A DNA stretch of 64,000 nucleotides from Fonticula alba ATCC 38817 (Eukaryota > Protista > Nucleariida): the NCBI GenBank assembly GCA_000388065.2, contig KB932204.1. One strand, given 5' to 3'. The translations under genes and the position numbers were made by a program. The notes beneath the pieces are model-generated. The model had not been told where the DNA came from and did not search any database. It saw nothing but the letters and a program-made list of their open reading frames with translations. The number at the start of each line of letters is the position of its first letter. The first letter of the stretch is position 1. Positions 35,090-47,335 of the stretch are shown here, piece after piece.

Positions 35090-36635
35090 AGCGAGGAGGG
35101 CAGTGCAGCAGGGAGGAGAAACTGGCGGAGGAGGAAGAAGGGGGAGGGGGGGGGGGGGGGGGGAACGGCCTGGCAAGGGAATTGTCATCTCCCGCAGGGT
35201 GATGGCTGATCGAGGGGCAGAGCTGCCGAGTCGGGGTGGGGGGGGGAGGACCTGCCGCGAGTGCGGCGTCCGCCTCGTCCTCCTGCTCCCTTGATGGGCT
35301 TGGCCTGGCTGGTGGGATTTGCGCGGCTGCCGGGAACGATTCGAGACGAAGGACAATCCAGCACCTGACCAGTCGTGCCAGATGACCACTCCCCTGGAGT
35401 CACGTGTAGTCGACATTTCTGACTGGATTGCGATCTTGCTCGCACGGTCGCCCCCCCCCNNNNNNNNNNNNNNNNNNNNNNNNNNNNNNNNNNNNNNNNN
35501 NNNNNNNNNNNNNNNNNNNNNNNNNNNNNNNNNNNNNNNNNNNNNNNNNNNNNNNNNNNNNNNNNNNNNNNNNNNNNNNNNNNNCCCCCCCCCCTCGGCC
35601 CGCCCCGCCGCCGTGAAGAGGGGCCCTATTCCCCAATCTTCCAGGGCCCCTGGGCCGGTTGGCGCTCTGCCCCCGGTTCTACATCAGTCGCGCGGGTGGC
35701 GGCCTCTTGGCCCAGGGGGCGGCAACCGCGCACTCAGGCCTCCCCTCCCCGGCCTCCTCCCTGCCCGGCAGGAAGGCCCCGCCAGGTAGTAGCCCGAGGG
35801 GCTTGGGACGATCGGACCGCGCGATCATCCCGGCGGGCGCGGGAGGCCGGGGAACAAGATGAGGTGGCGCCGGTGCGCGTCCACACTCTTGCGCGCCCGG
35901 ACTAATGTGTCCGGGGAAGAGAATCGGCGGAAAGGGGGCTGAACGATGGACCGCCTTTTCCCCGAATCAGTCAAGCCGTGAGGCCCTGCGCCGACCAAAC
36001 AGGAAACCGAGCGAGCTGTCTTCATTCCGGTGCCCCCCTAGCGCCCGTCCCNNNNNNNNNNNNNNNNNNNNNNNNNNNNNNNNNNNNNNNNNNNNNNNNN
36101 NNNNNNNNNNNNNNNNNNNNNNNNNNNNNNNNNNNNNNNNNNNNNNNNNNNNNNNNNNNNNNNNNNNNNNNNNNNNNNNNNNNNNNNNNNNNNNNNNNNN
36201 NNNNNNNNNNNNNNNNNNNNNNNNNNNNNNNNNNNNNNNNNNNNNNNNNNNNNNNNNNNNNNNNNNNNNNNNNNNNNNNNNNNNNNNNNNNNNNNNNNNN
36301 NNNNNNNNNNNNNNNNNNNNNNNNNNNNNNNNNNNNNNNNNNNNNNNNNNNNNNNNNNNNNNNNNNNNNNNNNNNNNNNNNNNNNNNNNNNNNNNNNNNN
36401 NNNNNNNNNNNNNNTCTCCTTCTTGCTGGCCCTCCGCCTGGCTTTGTCTTCTCCCCCTTTCCTTCCCGGCTCTCCCTCTCCCCCCCCCCCCCCCCCGCCC
36501 CCCGTTGCCACACCTTCCCTGTTCCCGGCCCCTCTCCCCTGCCTTTGCTACTGTTCCTGTCTCGTCAACTTCCAGGCCGAGCCTCCCGCCTTCTTTGTGC
36601 GCGTGTGCGCGCGCACCCCCTCCCTCCGGCTACCA

Positions 36636-37183
36636 ATGCACCCGGACTACTGTGTCCAGCTGTCAGTGTCGTCATCGGTACCGGCAGCCGCCCGATGCCG
36701 GTACCCTCTTCACAGTGCCATCTGGGACAACAATGTGACGGCACTCCGGTCGATGATCACCCTGCTTCGTGTCCGGTGCGTTCATGCCCTCGGGCCATGC
36801 TCTCGGGACTTTGTCTTCCCGACGCCCGGGTCCCTCCCTGTCTCTCCGGGTCTCCGCTCGCTTGTCTTTCTCACCCTTTCCCCCTTTCTCCTCCTCCCTC
36901 TTGCCGTTGGGTCGCCCGGTGCCCATCCTCAGCGGCGTCAAGCCCCAAGACCCGGGGGGGATCGACGAGCCCGATCTCCGTGGGTATACCCCCCTGCACC
37001 TGTGTGTTCTCTTGCCCGATCGGGAGGAGTGTCTCTTTGCCCTGTTCAGCCAGAGCAGCCCGGAGACCCGGGTCAAGTGCGTGGCCTGGCCTGTGGACCG
37101 CTCTTTCCTTGCCCTGCCTTTGGGTGTCCTATTTCTCAAGACATGCCAGCCATCCTGCTTGCTCCCTCCCTCTTACACACACT

Positions 37184-37216
<33 letters not shown>

Positions 37217-39984
37217 GCGCAAACACACTCCCTCCCTTTTGGTGCCCTCCTTCCCTCCTGGCTACCGCGGGACATGGCTCAAAGATGTCCGGACGGCTGG
37301 TCCCCCCTTAGCGAGGCCATTTGCCAGGATAATGTCAATGCTTTGAGTCGAATTCTGGAGCACCGCTTCAAGAAGATCGGCGGCCGGTCGATGCCGATCT
37401 CGCCGGCCATCCGGAATCTCATCAGCCAAATGTCCGACGTGCGCGGCTGATCTTGGGCCTCTCTCTTTTCGTTTCTCTCTCTCTCTCTCCCTCTTCCCCT
37501 GTGGTGTCCCGATTGCCACTGACGATGACCCGTTTGTCCAGATCCCGGACTTCACCGTGGAGATCGACTGGTATGCTTGTCCCTCTCTTTTTTGGCTCGC
37601 CACAACTCCTTCCCCGTCCTCTCCCCTTTTGAGTGCCCCCTTCCACCGGGCCTCTCTCTGTTTGTTTTTCCTTTTCCCCCTTTCCCCCGACCATTTGCCT
37701 GCTCCTGACACGTACTCCCTGCCCCTTTCCTTCCCTCCTTTCCTCCCCCCCCCCCCTCCCCCCCCTCTCTCTCTCTCTCCCCTCGTCACAGGCTCCTCAA
37801 GACCCACGTGCCGCTGCTTGGCCGCCTGACGCCGCGCGATACCCTGCGCCTGACGAAGATCGGTTCGGCCCTGCGCATTGACATGACAGCCATCGGGTTG
37901 AATGTGTCGGCCAGCAACATCATTTCCGGCGATTCGGTTGAGCGGGGCAATGTGAGTCTCTTCATCTTGGGCAATTGCGACGATTCGGTGCTGGACAGTG
38001 ACAATCCGATTGTCAGTGCGTGTGGGACATGGCTGGCTCGGGCTCGCTGTTGTTTGTTCCTCTTTGACCTTTGTCTCTTCCGTGCCGGGTCCTTCTGCTG
38101 GGTCCTTTTTTCTTTTTTGCGCCCCTCCCGCATTTGCAGCGCCGGGCTCACTCCCTCCTCCCCCTCCCCCCCCTGCGCCATCACGCCATCCGCGCACGCC
38201 CCCCCCCCCCCCCCCCCCCCCCCCCGCCGAACGGGCCACCGGCTGGTAGTTGCCCATTGCGACACGTCCATTTGCTTGAGGTCGCAATTCAGCAATTCCA
38301 TCGTCTTTGTGGATCATGACAAGCAAATCATCACCCGGCTGCCGGATTTCGAGGACCTCGAGCGGGACCGGCTCCGAAACAACAACATCTTCAGCACGAA
38401 CCTCCGGCGGCTGCGGGGGAAGAAGCGCACCTGCACGCGGGTCCTGCTGAACCAGTGGACCTGTGTGGAGCGCCCCCCGCGAGTGGGCATGGCCAGCCGG
38501 ATTGGCGGGTGGTTTCGTGGGTTCCGTGGGGCCGGCGGCCGAGTGGTGGTCGGGCCGGCCAGCGACGCCGAGCCGCATTATGTCCTGCAAAATGGCTTCC
38601 CCTGTCGGGTGTATGACATCTCGGGGATTCTTTTCGAGCGCACGGTCCGCCGCCTAGACGTGCCACTTGACCGCGGGTCGGCCGGTCGAAAGGATGCCAC
38701 GGCGTCGGCCGTCACCGGCGCTGTGTCGCCAACCGCCGCCGTCACCGCCGCCGTCACCGCCGCCGCCACCTCGGCTCACCAGTCTGACGGGATAGATCCC
38801 TCGGGGGACATTGAGGATGACGATTCGGCTCCTGGGGACATGAGCCAAGATGACGCGGACCTGGGCTTCGACGACTCGGACTCCGACGATGAGAATTTCG
38901 TCGAGGCGGTTGAAGGCCCGGCCGGGGGGCTGGCGGCCATGCCGCTGGCCGACGGGCAGGCCGCCTCGCCGGGGTACTACTTCGATCCGGCGCTGCCGCC
39001 CCTGCGCCCGGAGAATCTGACCGGCAAGCGGCGTGTGCAGCAGGTCCGGTCCTTCTCGCTGAACCTCTCGGTACGTGGGCCTGTCGGTGGCGGTTGCTTC
39101 TTTTTTGTCTTCGCCCTCCCCCCCCCCTGCCCCCTGTCGCTTTTCCTNNNNNNNNNNNNNNNNNNNNNNNNNNNNNNNNNNNNNNNNNNNNNNNNNNNNN
39201 NNNNNNNNNNNNNNNNNNNNNNNNNNNNNNNNNNNNNNNNNNNNNNNNNNNNNNNNNNNNNNNNNNNNNNNNNNNNNNNNNNNNNNNNNNNNCCCCCCCC
39301 CCCCCCCTTGCCCCGAAGCATGTGCACCCATGTGTCTGTGTGTGTGTGTGCCCGTCTGCTGACACTCGCGCCTGGTAGATCTCCTCGAGCACCGAGTTCC
39401 CCCTGCAGATTGAGCATCTTGTGCCGGTGATCCGGGCCTTGCGCTCCTCCTTCACAGTCTTCCACCACGTGGCGGCGGTCTTCGGCGTGACGGACTCGCC
39501 CCCGGGGCCGGAGAGTCATCTTCCGGCTGTCGGCGGTGCGGCCCCGGCCTCGGCGCGGCTCCCGCCTGGCTTCCCGGTTCGCATTGAGGTGCCCTTCTTC
39601 AAGATCGCGCAGCTGGTGGTGGATTTCGGCCGGGCCACGGTATTTGACGCGGCCGGCCTGTCGTCCTCGATGGGGGGATCCCCCGCCGGCAGTTTGCCGG
39701 ACACTGGCGCCGGGCCGGCTCAAGCAACTCCCCCCGGGCTCGAGGGGGCCTCTCTGCCGACGACTTCGCAGCTGGACTCGGTCTTCGAGCCGAATGGCCC
39801 GATGGCCGAGGTGGCCGGGGCCGCCGGGGCATGCGCGTCACCGGAAGGTCACTCAGCCTCCGGCGCGGTGTCCCCCCCTGCCGGGTCCCAGGCTGAGCAG
39901 TATGTCCAATGCCAGGGGCTATTCTATTTGCCTGACTCCTATGTGGAGGTGGAGCACCAAAGCCTCCCGCACCAGTCATCTTGA
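36636..39984 (+). CDS. ANKRD13: Ankyrin repeat domain-containing protein 13 family (GPCR-chaperone domain)
   Basis: Seven inferred exons with a gap inside the last intron. YPLHSAIW, DLRGYTPLH, DGWSPLSEAI, PDFTVEIDW, VPLLGRLTPRDTLRLTKIGSALRIDMT, EFPLQIEHLVPVI, GFPVRIEVPFF. Confidence 0.85.
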
Positions 39985-40289
39985 CCTGTCGGCGTGGTAC
40001 TTGCCCTTGTGCCCCTGCCTTTGGGCCGCCCCTCCCCCTCGTGCGAAGGGTCTCCCCCCTCGCTCCTTGCCTTCCCCCTCCCCCTCGGGGTCTAGATGCA
40101 GGGTGCCTGCGGAGGTGTGCAGCGAAAAATGCATCTCCTTGTTCCCTCCCTTTGGGGTGTGTCTCTGGTGTTTCGTTTATTTCTCCGGGTGTGCCCGGGG
40201 AGCCTGTATGGGGAAACCCGGGATCACTTTCGCCGCTGGCGGTGGTCCGCATGCGTGGAGGGGGAGGGGGGGGGTGCCTTTCCGGTGCA

Positions 40290-40530
40290 CGCGGTGCGTG
40301 TGTGTGTGCGTGGTGTCTGGGCTGGGTGTGGGTGGTGGGGGGGGTGGCTCGTGTGCGGGTGTGGGTGTGTGGGTGTATGTTGTGCGTGTGTGGGGGGGTG
40401 GTTGTGTGCGGTGCGTGTGTGTGTGGGTGTGGGTGTGTGTGTGGGTGTGTGTGTGTGTATGTGTGTGTGTGTGTGTGTGTATGTGTGTGTATGTGCGTGT
40501 GTGCGTATGTGTGCGTATGTGTGCGTATGT
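40290..40530. repeat. Compound GT-rich microsatellite
   Basis: Runs of gt, gtgg and gtat between the ANKRD13 stop and tRNA-Asp. Confidence 0.85.
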
Positions 40531-40654
40531 GTGCTCCCCTGCCGCCTCTGGGGTTGGTACTTTTTCTCGGGTGGTCACATCCTCCAGCTATGGGCCCGGG
40601 CCAGAAGAGAGGGGGAGAAAAAAGAGGCAGACCGACCGTCATCAAAAAAGGATG

Positions 40655-40726
40655 CTCCCGATCCGGGAATTGAACCCGGGCCTCCCGCGTGACAGGCGGG
40701 GATTCTCACCACTATACTAATCGGGA
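40655..40726 (-). tRNA. tRNA-Asp(GTC)
   Basis: TCCCGAT/ATCGGGA acceptor stem; anticodon loop CTGTCAC; TTCAATT T-loop; T6 terminator at 40644-40649. Confidence 0.97.
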
Positions 40727-41120
40727 CTTCGTTAACTAGAGGGCCGGGAAAATGCTATAACAACACTTGGCAGGGGCCCGGTGCGGGCGCGTCCCCTCTC
40801 TGTCCGGACTCTCACCGGGTGCATGGGGTCGTTGGTGTGATTCGCCCCCTGCCCGGCCCCGACCGTCCCGGATGAGCCCCGCCACGCACAACAACCAATT
40901 CCCCGCGCGCCCCGCCCCAGGGCCCGAGCGAGAGTACTGCCAGAAGAATGATCGGGCTTTGGGCGGATGGAACTGGGGGATAGCCGCGCATGCGCAGGGC
41001 ATTCTGATTGGCCAACTTTGTCGCCTCCTGGGCGGAAGGCCCGAAGTGCACAGGGCAAACGCGGTGCATCTCCAAAGCAAAGAGAATATTATGTCTTTCG
41101 GAGGGTAACTCCACAACGAG

Positions 41121-41194
41121 GGCCCCATAGCTCAGTTGGTTAGAGCGTCGTGCTAATAACGCGAAGGTCGTCAGTTCGATCCTGGCTGGGGCCA
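41121..41194 (+). tRNA. tRNA-Ile(AAT)
   Basis: GGCCCCA/TGGGGCC acceptor stem; loop CTAATAA; TTCGATC T-loop; T4 downstream. Confidence 0.97.
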
Positions 41195-41958
41195 TTCCTT
41201 TTGGGCCGGCCTGGACGGTGTGGTGGACCGTGGGGGCAGGCCCATGCCCGGGGGGGGGGGGGAAATATGCCTCAAAAAATCCCACCTCTGTGCCTGCACA
41301 TTTTTGTTGTTTATTTTGTGCCCACTTCGGAGGTCGCGTGTGGGGCCGATCGCAAACAAAGAAGCCACCAGCCCGGCCCCCCTTCGCCGGGGCCCCCCCC
41401 CCCCACGGGGGAGCGGGGCGGCCGGAGAAGGAGCCAGCGATCGCAACCGGGTTTTTTTTTTTTTGGCCGGATCGTGTCGATCGGGCGAGGTCGGCGCCCC
41501 AGATCGCTGGGGCTTTTTCGGCCGGCTCGGGCCCCTGCCGGGGCGGGATGGCTGGCATCCACCCCCCCCCCCCCCTATCCGCCCCTCCTTGCGTGCCTGC
41601 TCACTTCGCTGCCTTATCCGGCCCGCCGCCGCCGCCCCTTCCCTCCTTCCCCTGCTGCCCGGTGTTCGGCGCTGTTCCTGGTCCTCCGGCCTTTGGGTTG
41701 GACGTGCCCTTCAACATGCCGGAGCTGATTGAGTGTGCGAGCGCAAATGCCGCTCGCGGGCCCGCCCAACAAGCCGTTCCCCTGCCGGCCTGATGCTGAC
41801 ATGCTGCCCCCCGTGCGCCCGTTGGCCGATCCTCGGCTCCCCTCACACCACCACGACCATGGGGCAGATCGCCTCGGACGTCGCGACAAGGGCATCCCCG
41901 TGGGTACGACCTTCCTGGGGCCTTTCCCCCGACCACCGCCCTGCCTGGCATCCGAACA

Positions 41959-44164
41959 ATGGCTGACCCGGTGGATGTCTCAGAAACCCGCATCTCCCCG
42001 CTTTGCCAGCTGGAAAGCGACATTCACAATGCCCACTCCCTGCGCCTGGATGGTACGTGGGTCGCCTGCCTCCTTTCTTCCCTGCCCTCGTCGAGACACC
42101 TCCTGCGGGGGGGGCGCTAACTTCCCCGGCGGCGTGCATGCGGGTGTGGCCGGGCTTTCATGGCGGGTCCAGTCCCGGCGTCTGGATGGCCGCCGCAGAG
42201 CGTTCGCCTCCTGTCGGAAACCCTCAGCGAAGCGTCAAGCCTGCGGGTCTTCTCGCTGAATGGTGCGGCAGCCGGCAGGCGGAGGGGTCTTCCGGCTCGC
42301 GGTGGCTCGCCAGTGACTGACACCCGGGCCGTGCATGGGCCAGGCGCCCTTGGCCTGTCGACGGGAGATTTGGCCTTCTTCTTCATGAATGTCCTCCAGT
42401 GCCGGTCTTTGCGCATCCTCCAGCTAAGCGGTGCGCCCATGGCTGTTTCCCTTGCCCCTCAACCGACACAGACACACACGCGCACACACACACGCACACA
42501 CACACGCACACACACATGCACACTTTAGCCGGTGGCTGCGGCCAAGGACCCTGCCCCCTCGGTGGCCCGTCCACACGGGCCTATGCTGCCCACCGGCACA
42601 CGCGTCTCAAAGTACCTCCTTTAGCCAATTGAATGTCCGGTCTGGTGGGCCTCGGTGCCAGTGTGTCAATGTGCCGGCCTAACGTGCTGTCCCACCTTTG
42701 CTCCGGGCGCTGTCCCACCGGGCGGACACAGACATACCGCTGGATCAGCTATCCCCGAAGCAGCTGGCCCAAGTGCTTGCCTTCACGCCGGAAAGTGCCG
42801 GGCTCGAGTCGATTTCCTTCATCAGTATGTCCGCACCCGGCGCGTGGGGGCGGCTCCGAGACACCCAGAGCGGGGGCCAAATGGCCAGGCCCGCCTGCCG
42901 CCCGTGGATACGCCTCGCTGACCCTCTGCAACCTCCGGTCCTTGGGTGATGGCACCCTTGCCTGCGCCCGGCCCCCTCTCCCTCCCTTCCGCGGCCTGCC
43001 TCCCCTCGGAGATGCCCATCTATCCGGGGAGCACCTGATCTCGGTGGTGCATTTCCTTCGGTCCTGGCCACGGCTGCGTCGAATCAACTTCCATGGTATG
43101 CCAGACCCCGGGACATGCCATGTCACCCTACTCGACCGAGGGAAAGGACGGCGGCCTTTCGGACACCCCTGACAGCCCCATGCGCCCCTTCCCGTGACCA
43201 CCCTATCAAACCGGGCCCAGGAAACATCTTTGGACATGATCAGATCCTGGCCCTGGTGGCCCTGCTCGAGAGCGCTCCCTCGATCACCGATGTCGATCTA
43301 ACCAGTGCGTTGGGCTGGACGATGCCCGGCATCGAGGGCGGTAAGGGAGCGGGATGGGGGGGGGGGGGGGGGGGGGGGGGGCGGACGGGCGGGCGGGTGA
43401 CAAAGAAGACGCAAGGGCCGGGACCCGGGGCGGGGACGCCGGCCCCGGGGGACCCTGCCACGGGCGGAGGGGATCTAACCTGCGCATGGCCCGGGCGAAG
43501 ACTGCCACCTCGATGACCATGCCGTTCGACTGCTGGCCAACTCGCTGGATGACAACACCAGCATCCGCCGGTTGGTTCTCTCCGGTACGCGGACCCCCAC
43601 AAGGAGGGAAACTGGCCTTTTTCTTTCGCCCTCAAGGGAAGGAATGGGTCCATCGCACCGGGCCCGAGTGGAGCCGGCGGTTTAAACACTTTCGGCATGG
43701 GGGCGAGGAGGGAGGAGGGCTTCCCTCTCACACAGGCTGCTGACCGTTGACACGACTGCCGGGGGCGGGCGGGGGGGGCTACATGCGGCGCAGCCAATCC
43801 AATTGGTGTGCGTGGAGCCGCACGCCTTTCGACGATGCTTCGACGGAACTCCACCCTGGAGGCTTTGGACCTTTCCGGTGCGCCCTCGGCCATCTGCTCT
43901 TGAGGATGGCTCCCTGGCTGGAGGCGGCTGCCAGGGTGTCGCCGTGAGCGCAGGCAATCACACTCGCCCGCACCCACTGACAGCCTTTGCGCCATGGGAC
44001 TTTGAATGGCTCGCGCCCCGCCCCCCCCCCTTCCCCATACACTCCAAACTGCTATCGAAAACCCCGAAGGGATACGTATGGACCCCACTTCGATGGATGC
44101 CCTGGCGCAGGCCCTTGATGTGAACTTGACCCTGCGGACGCTTCTGCTGCCGATCGATCCTTGA
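41959..44164 (+). CDS. RNI-like leucine-rich-repeat-only protein, about 290 aa
   Basis: Exons 41959-42052, 42173-42430, 42732-42824, 43012-43095, 43221-43304, 43501-43584, 43794-43877, 44070-44164, all phase 1. Repeats such as LANSLDDNTSIRRLVLS-ANPIG and LSTMLRRNSTLEALDLS. Alternative start at 41716 possible. Confidence 0.8.
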
Positions 44165-44309
44165 GCATGCGGAGTGGAAGACAGGCGAGAACCGGACGCG
44201 GCCGGCGCGGTGGCCGTGCCTAGTGCTGGCGGCCACGCGACTCGGCCCTACCACGCCAGCCACGCGCGCAACCATCAAATAGCCGGATGCCTGATGTGCT
44301 CCCAAGACC

Positions 44310-44381
44310 GGGGGCTTAGCTCAGTGGTAGAGCACTCGACTCCAGATCGAGCGGTCAGTGGTTCGATCCCTCTAGTCCCCA
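44310..44381 (+). tRNA. tRNA-Trp(CCA)
   Basis: GGGGGCT/AGTCCCC acceptor stem; 5-bp anticodon stem CTCGA/TCGAG; loop CTCCAGA; one U-U mismatch in the T-stem; T-run terminator. Confidence 0.95.
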
Positions 44382-45336
44382 TTTCTTTTTGCTCGCCCCC
44401 TCTCCGACAGCAACCCCCGGCATCGGGCCGTGTGCGTGTCTGTCTTCTTCGCCCCCCCCTCCCCCCCCCGCCCTTTTGGTGTCCTGTGTCCGAAGCTGCC
44501 CCGCCCATGCCAAGGGCCGGGCCGAGGGAGGAATACACCGGAGTGGCCTTTTGCTACAACCCGGCCGTGTATCAGTTCGATGATGGTGCGTGTGCGGGGC
44601 GGCGGGCGGGCGAGGGCAGACACAATCGGTCAGGGGGAACTCCGGGCGAGCGAAAGGGCGAGGCTGCGGGAGGGGAGCGGCCCGAGGAGAAGCACCTTGG
44701 CCATGGCAAGCGAGGTTATGCATCTGCCCCCGGCGGGGTGGGGCTGGCGATCGGCCGCATCGGATTCCGGCCTCCCAAAAAGCGGGCCATGCGGATGCAC
44801 TTGCGGCGAGCAGGGGAGCCCCCATGGCTCTCTGCGCAGCAATGGTGCCTCTCGCGGGGAGGAGGACCGGAGGCGGGCTTTTTTGGGGTGCCCGACCGGG
44901 AGACCATTCGCGTGGGGGTGGGCCCTGGCCATCTCTCGGGCGGCGTCCGGGTCACCCCGAGAGACCGGGCCGGACGAAGCCCCACCCCTGGGAATCCGAG
45001 TCTGGGACCAGGCGAGACGGGCGAGGAGGTGTCGGGCAAGCAGCGCAACGGAGCGCCGGGAGGGGGATATATCGGGGTGGGAATTAAAAAACCAACCATT
45101 AGCCCGGAATCTGGCGGAGCTCCCTTCGATCTGTTCTCTCCGACTTGCCGGGTGCTGGCCGCTGGGGGCCAGCGAGCTTCGAAAGGGGCCGCCCTGCCTC
45201 GCCGCCTCATTGCCGAGAATGGTCCCGCGCACCCGGAGAATATGGCACTCCCCTGTGAGCGGGTTCGGGGACCGGCAAGAGGAGGGGGGGGGGAAAAAAA
45301 TAAAAGCCCCGGCTGCCAGTGGCAGCACAACCATCA

Positions 45337-45410
45337 GTCCGAATGGTGTAGTCGGTTATCACATTCGCCTCACACGCGAAAGGTCCCCAGTTCGAACCTG
45401 GGTTCGGACA
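45337..45410 (+). tRNA. tRNA-Val(CAC) copy 1
   Basis: GTCCGAA/TTCGGAC acceptor stem; loop CTCACAC; TTCGAAC T-loop. Confidence 0.97.
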
Positions 45411-45528
45411 GTTTGTTTTTGACCGCCTCCTCTCGCTNNNNNNNNNNNNNNNNNNNNNNNNNNNNNNNNNNNNNNNNNNNNNNNNNNNNNNNNNNNNNNN
45501 NNNNNNNCGCGTCAGCAGTCCATCGTCC

Positions 45529-45602
45529 GTCCGGATGGTGTAGTCGGTTATCACATTCGCCTCACACGCGAAAGGTCCCCAGTTCGAACCTGGGTTCGGA
45601 CA
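45529..45602 (+). tRNA. tRNA-Val(CAC) copy 2 (A6G variant, G6:U67)
   Basis: Identical to copy 1 except the 5' strand reads GTCCGGA. Confidence 0.96.
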
Positions 45603-46131
45603 CTTACATTTTGCCGCGCTTGCCCGCTGGGGAGCAGGCGGGCCGGCGCACGCCTCTCTCAGGTCTCTCCGGGGCTGCGGAGAAGAGAAAGAGAAGGGGG
45701 GGGGGGGCATGGGGATAGACATTATCACTGGCCAGGTTGTGGAGGTTCGACGTGGCGTAGGGTGGTGATGTGGCGTGCGGGGAATGGAAGGGCAGGCGGG
45801 GCAATGTTGACCGGCGGCGTGCGGGGGGTTCTAGCGCGGTCCGGCTTGCTTTTGGAGCTGGTGGCGCACTTGCCGTGTGTCTCGGCTTCGCGCTCTCTTT
45901 TTTCAGTTGCTCCTCGCCGCAGGGGGGACCCGCAGCTCCCGCTGCTGGCGGTCATCCTTCTCCTCCTGCGGACCCTGGCGCGGGGCGATCTTCTCCACCG
46001 CCGCACATTGTTTGTTTGCGCCTCAAGTGGTAGTGGCGACGCGAGGAACCGTGCATCCTTCGCGGGACCTAGGCATTGTGTCAATGGGCAAAATCTTATA
46101 AACATTCATTGGGCAGGTGCCTTCATCATCC

Positions 46132-46205
46132 GTCCGAATGGTGTAGTCGGTTATCACATTCGCCTCACACGCGAAAGGTCCCCAGTTCGAACCTGGGTTC
46201 GGACA
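46132..46205 (+). tRNA. tRNA-Val(CAC) copy 3
   Basis: Identical to copy 1; TATAAA at 46097-46102. Confidence 0.97.
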
Positions 46206-47335
46206 CTTTATCTTTTGACCCAGTGTCGGCTCCTTCCTCAACGCGTTCTTCGCCTGTGTGGGGGTGCTCTTTTCTCTCCGCGCCCCCCCACGCCCCCCGC
46301 TGCGGGGGAAAGGCCGGGGCGAGGGCGTGGGTTTTTCTTCCCCCGGACAAGTCGACGCGATGCCGACGGAGGGCGAGATCCGAGGGGGGGGTGGGTGGGT
46401 GGACCAAGAGCCAATGGGCGACTCCCTCCGGTCTGGCTGGAGGGGGGGTGCTGTTGCGCGCGGGGGGGGGGGGGGGGGAACGGGATTGCCCAGTCGGAGG
46501 GTTGGCCTTGGTGGGACCCCCCTCGATCGACCCGGTGGAGGGCTCTCCCGAGCCAGGCAGCAAGAAGGCCAGACGGCGGGCGGGGAGGGGCAGCGCCCTG
46601 TGCAGGGCCCATTTGCACGTTTGTATTCTCTCGCATGGCGCGGCATTCGGCTCGGCTGCTGGTGCATGTGGCCGGGGAGACTCGTTGCCTGCTGTCCAGG
46701 CTGCGGAGGCTTCGCCAGGCGGCCGCGAGCCCCGGTGATCCCCCGGCCAGGGGCCGCCTCCGGGGGGAGGGGGGAGGGGGGAGAGCATGTGGTGCCCTGT
46801 GAGCTGGGGGCATTTTGCCCGGGACAAGCGCCATGTAGGCCGTGCGAGGCAGGCCAAGGCCGATTGACCCATGCCGCTGGCCATTGAGAAGCCCTGGACC
46901 TGCTGAATGGCATGCGGTTCGTGGCACTATGGCTCCGTGCCCGTTAGGGAGGCGGGAGGGGGAGTAGGATGTGCCGGAGTGCGGGGCTTGTCTGTTGCCC
47001 GGGGGGGGGGGGGGGCCGGCAGGGACGGCACACGAGTCACAGACCGGCACACACTGGCCGGTCGCTGGGCCGAGCCTGCCCGTCTAAGTGCCCGCGAAGG
47101 CAGCAGGGGCCAGCCCTGTTCGGGCGGCGGGCATTTCCCTCCCCCCCTGTGGTCTCGCCTGGATCTGCCCTGGATGGAGCATCATTTCCCGAGGAACATG
47201 GCCTGGGAATGGCTCCGGCGGGGGAGGGGCCGGGCGAGCTGGATCCCCGGGCCCAAGGGGAATGCCCCCGCTGCGAGGCGCGGAATGGCGGCGAGAGAAT
47301 AAATACCATCAGGGGGAGGTTCGATTTCACCGCCC

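Noticed and set aside
44310-44381. tRNA-Trp as a UGA-readthrough variant that could explain the HEAT gene TGA
   Set aside because: The anticodon stem has the normal 5 bp, not the 4-bp form linked to UGA decoding, and TGA is a normal stop in many genes here (e.g. ankyrin, ERV41-like, amidase, NAA38, MED31), so there is no code reassignment.
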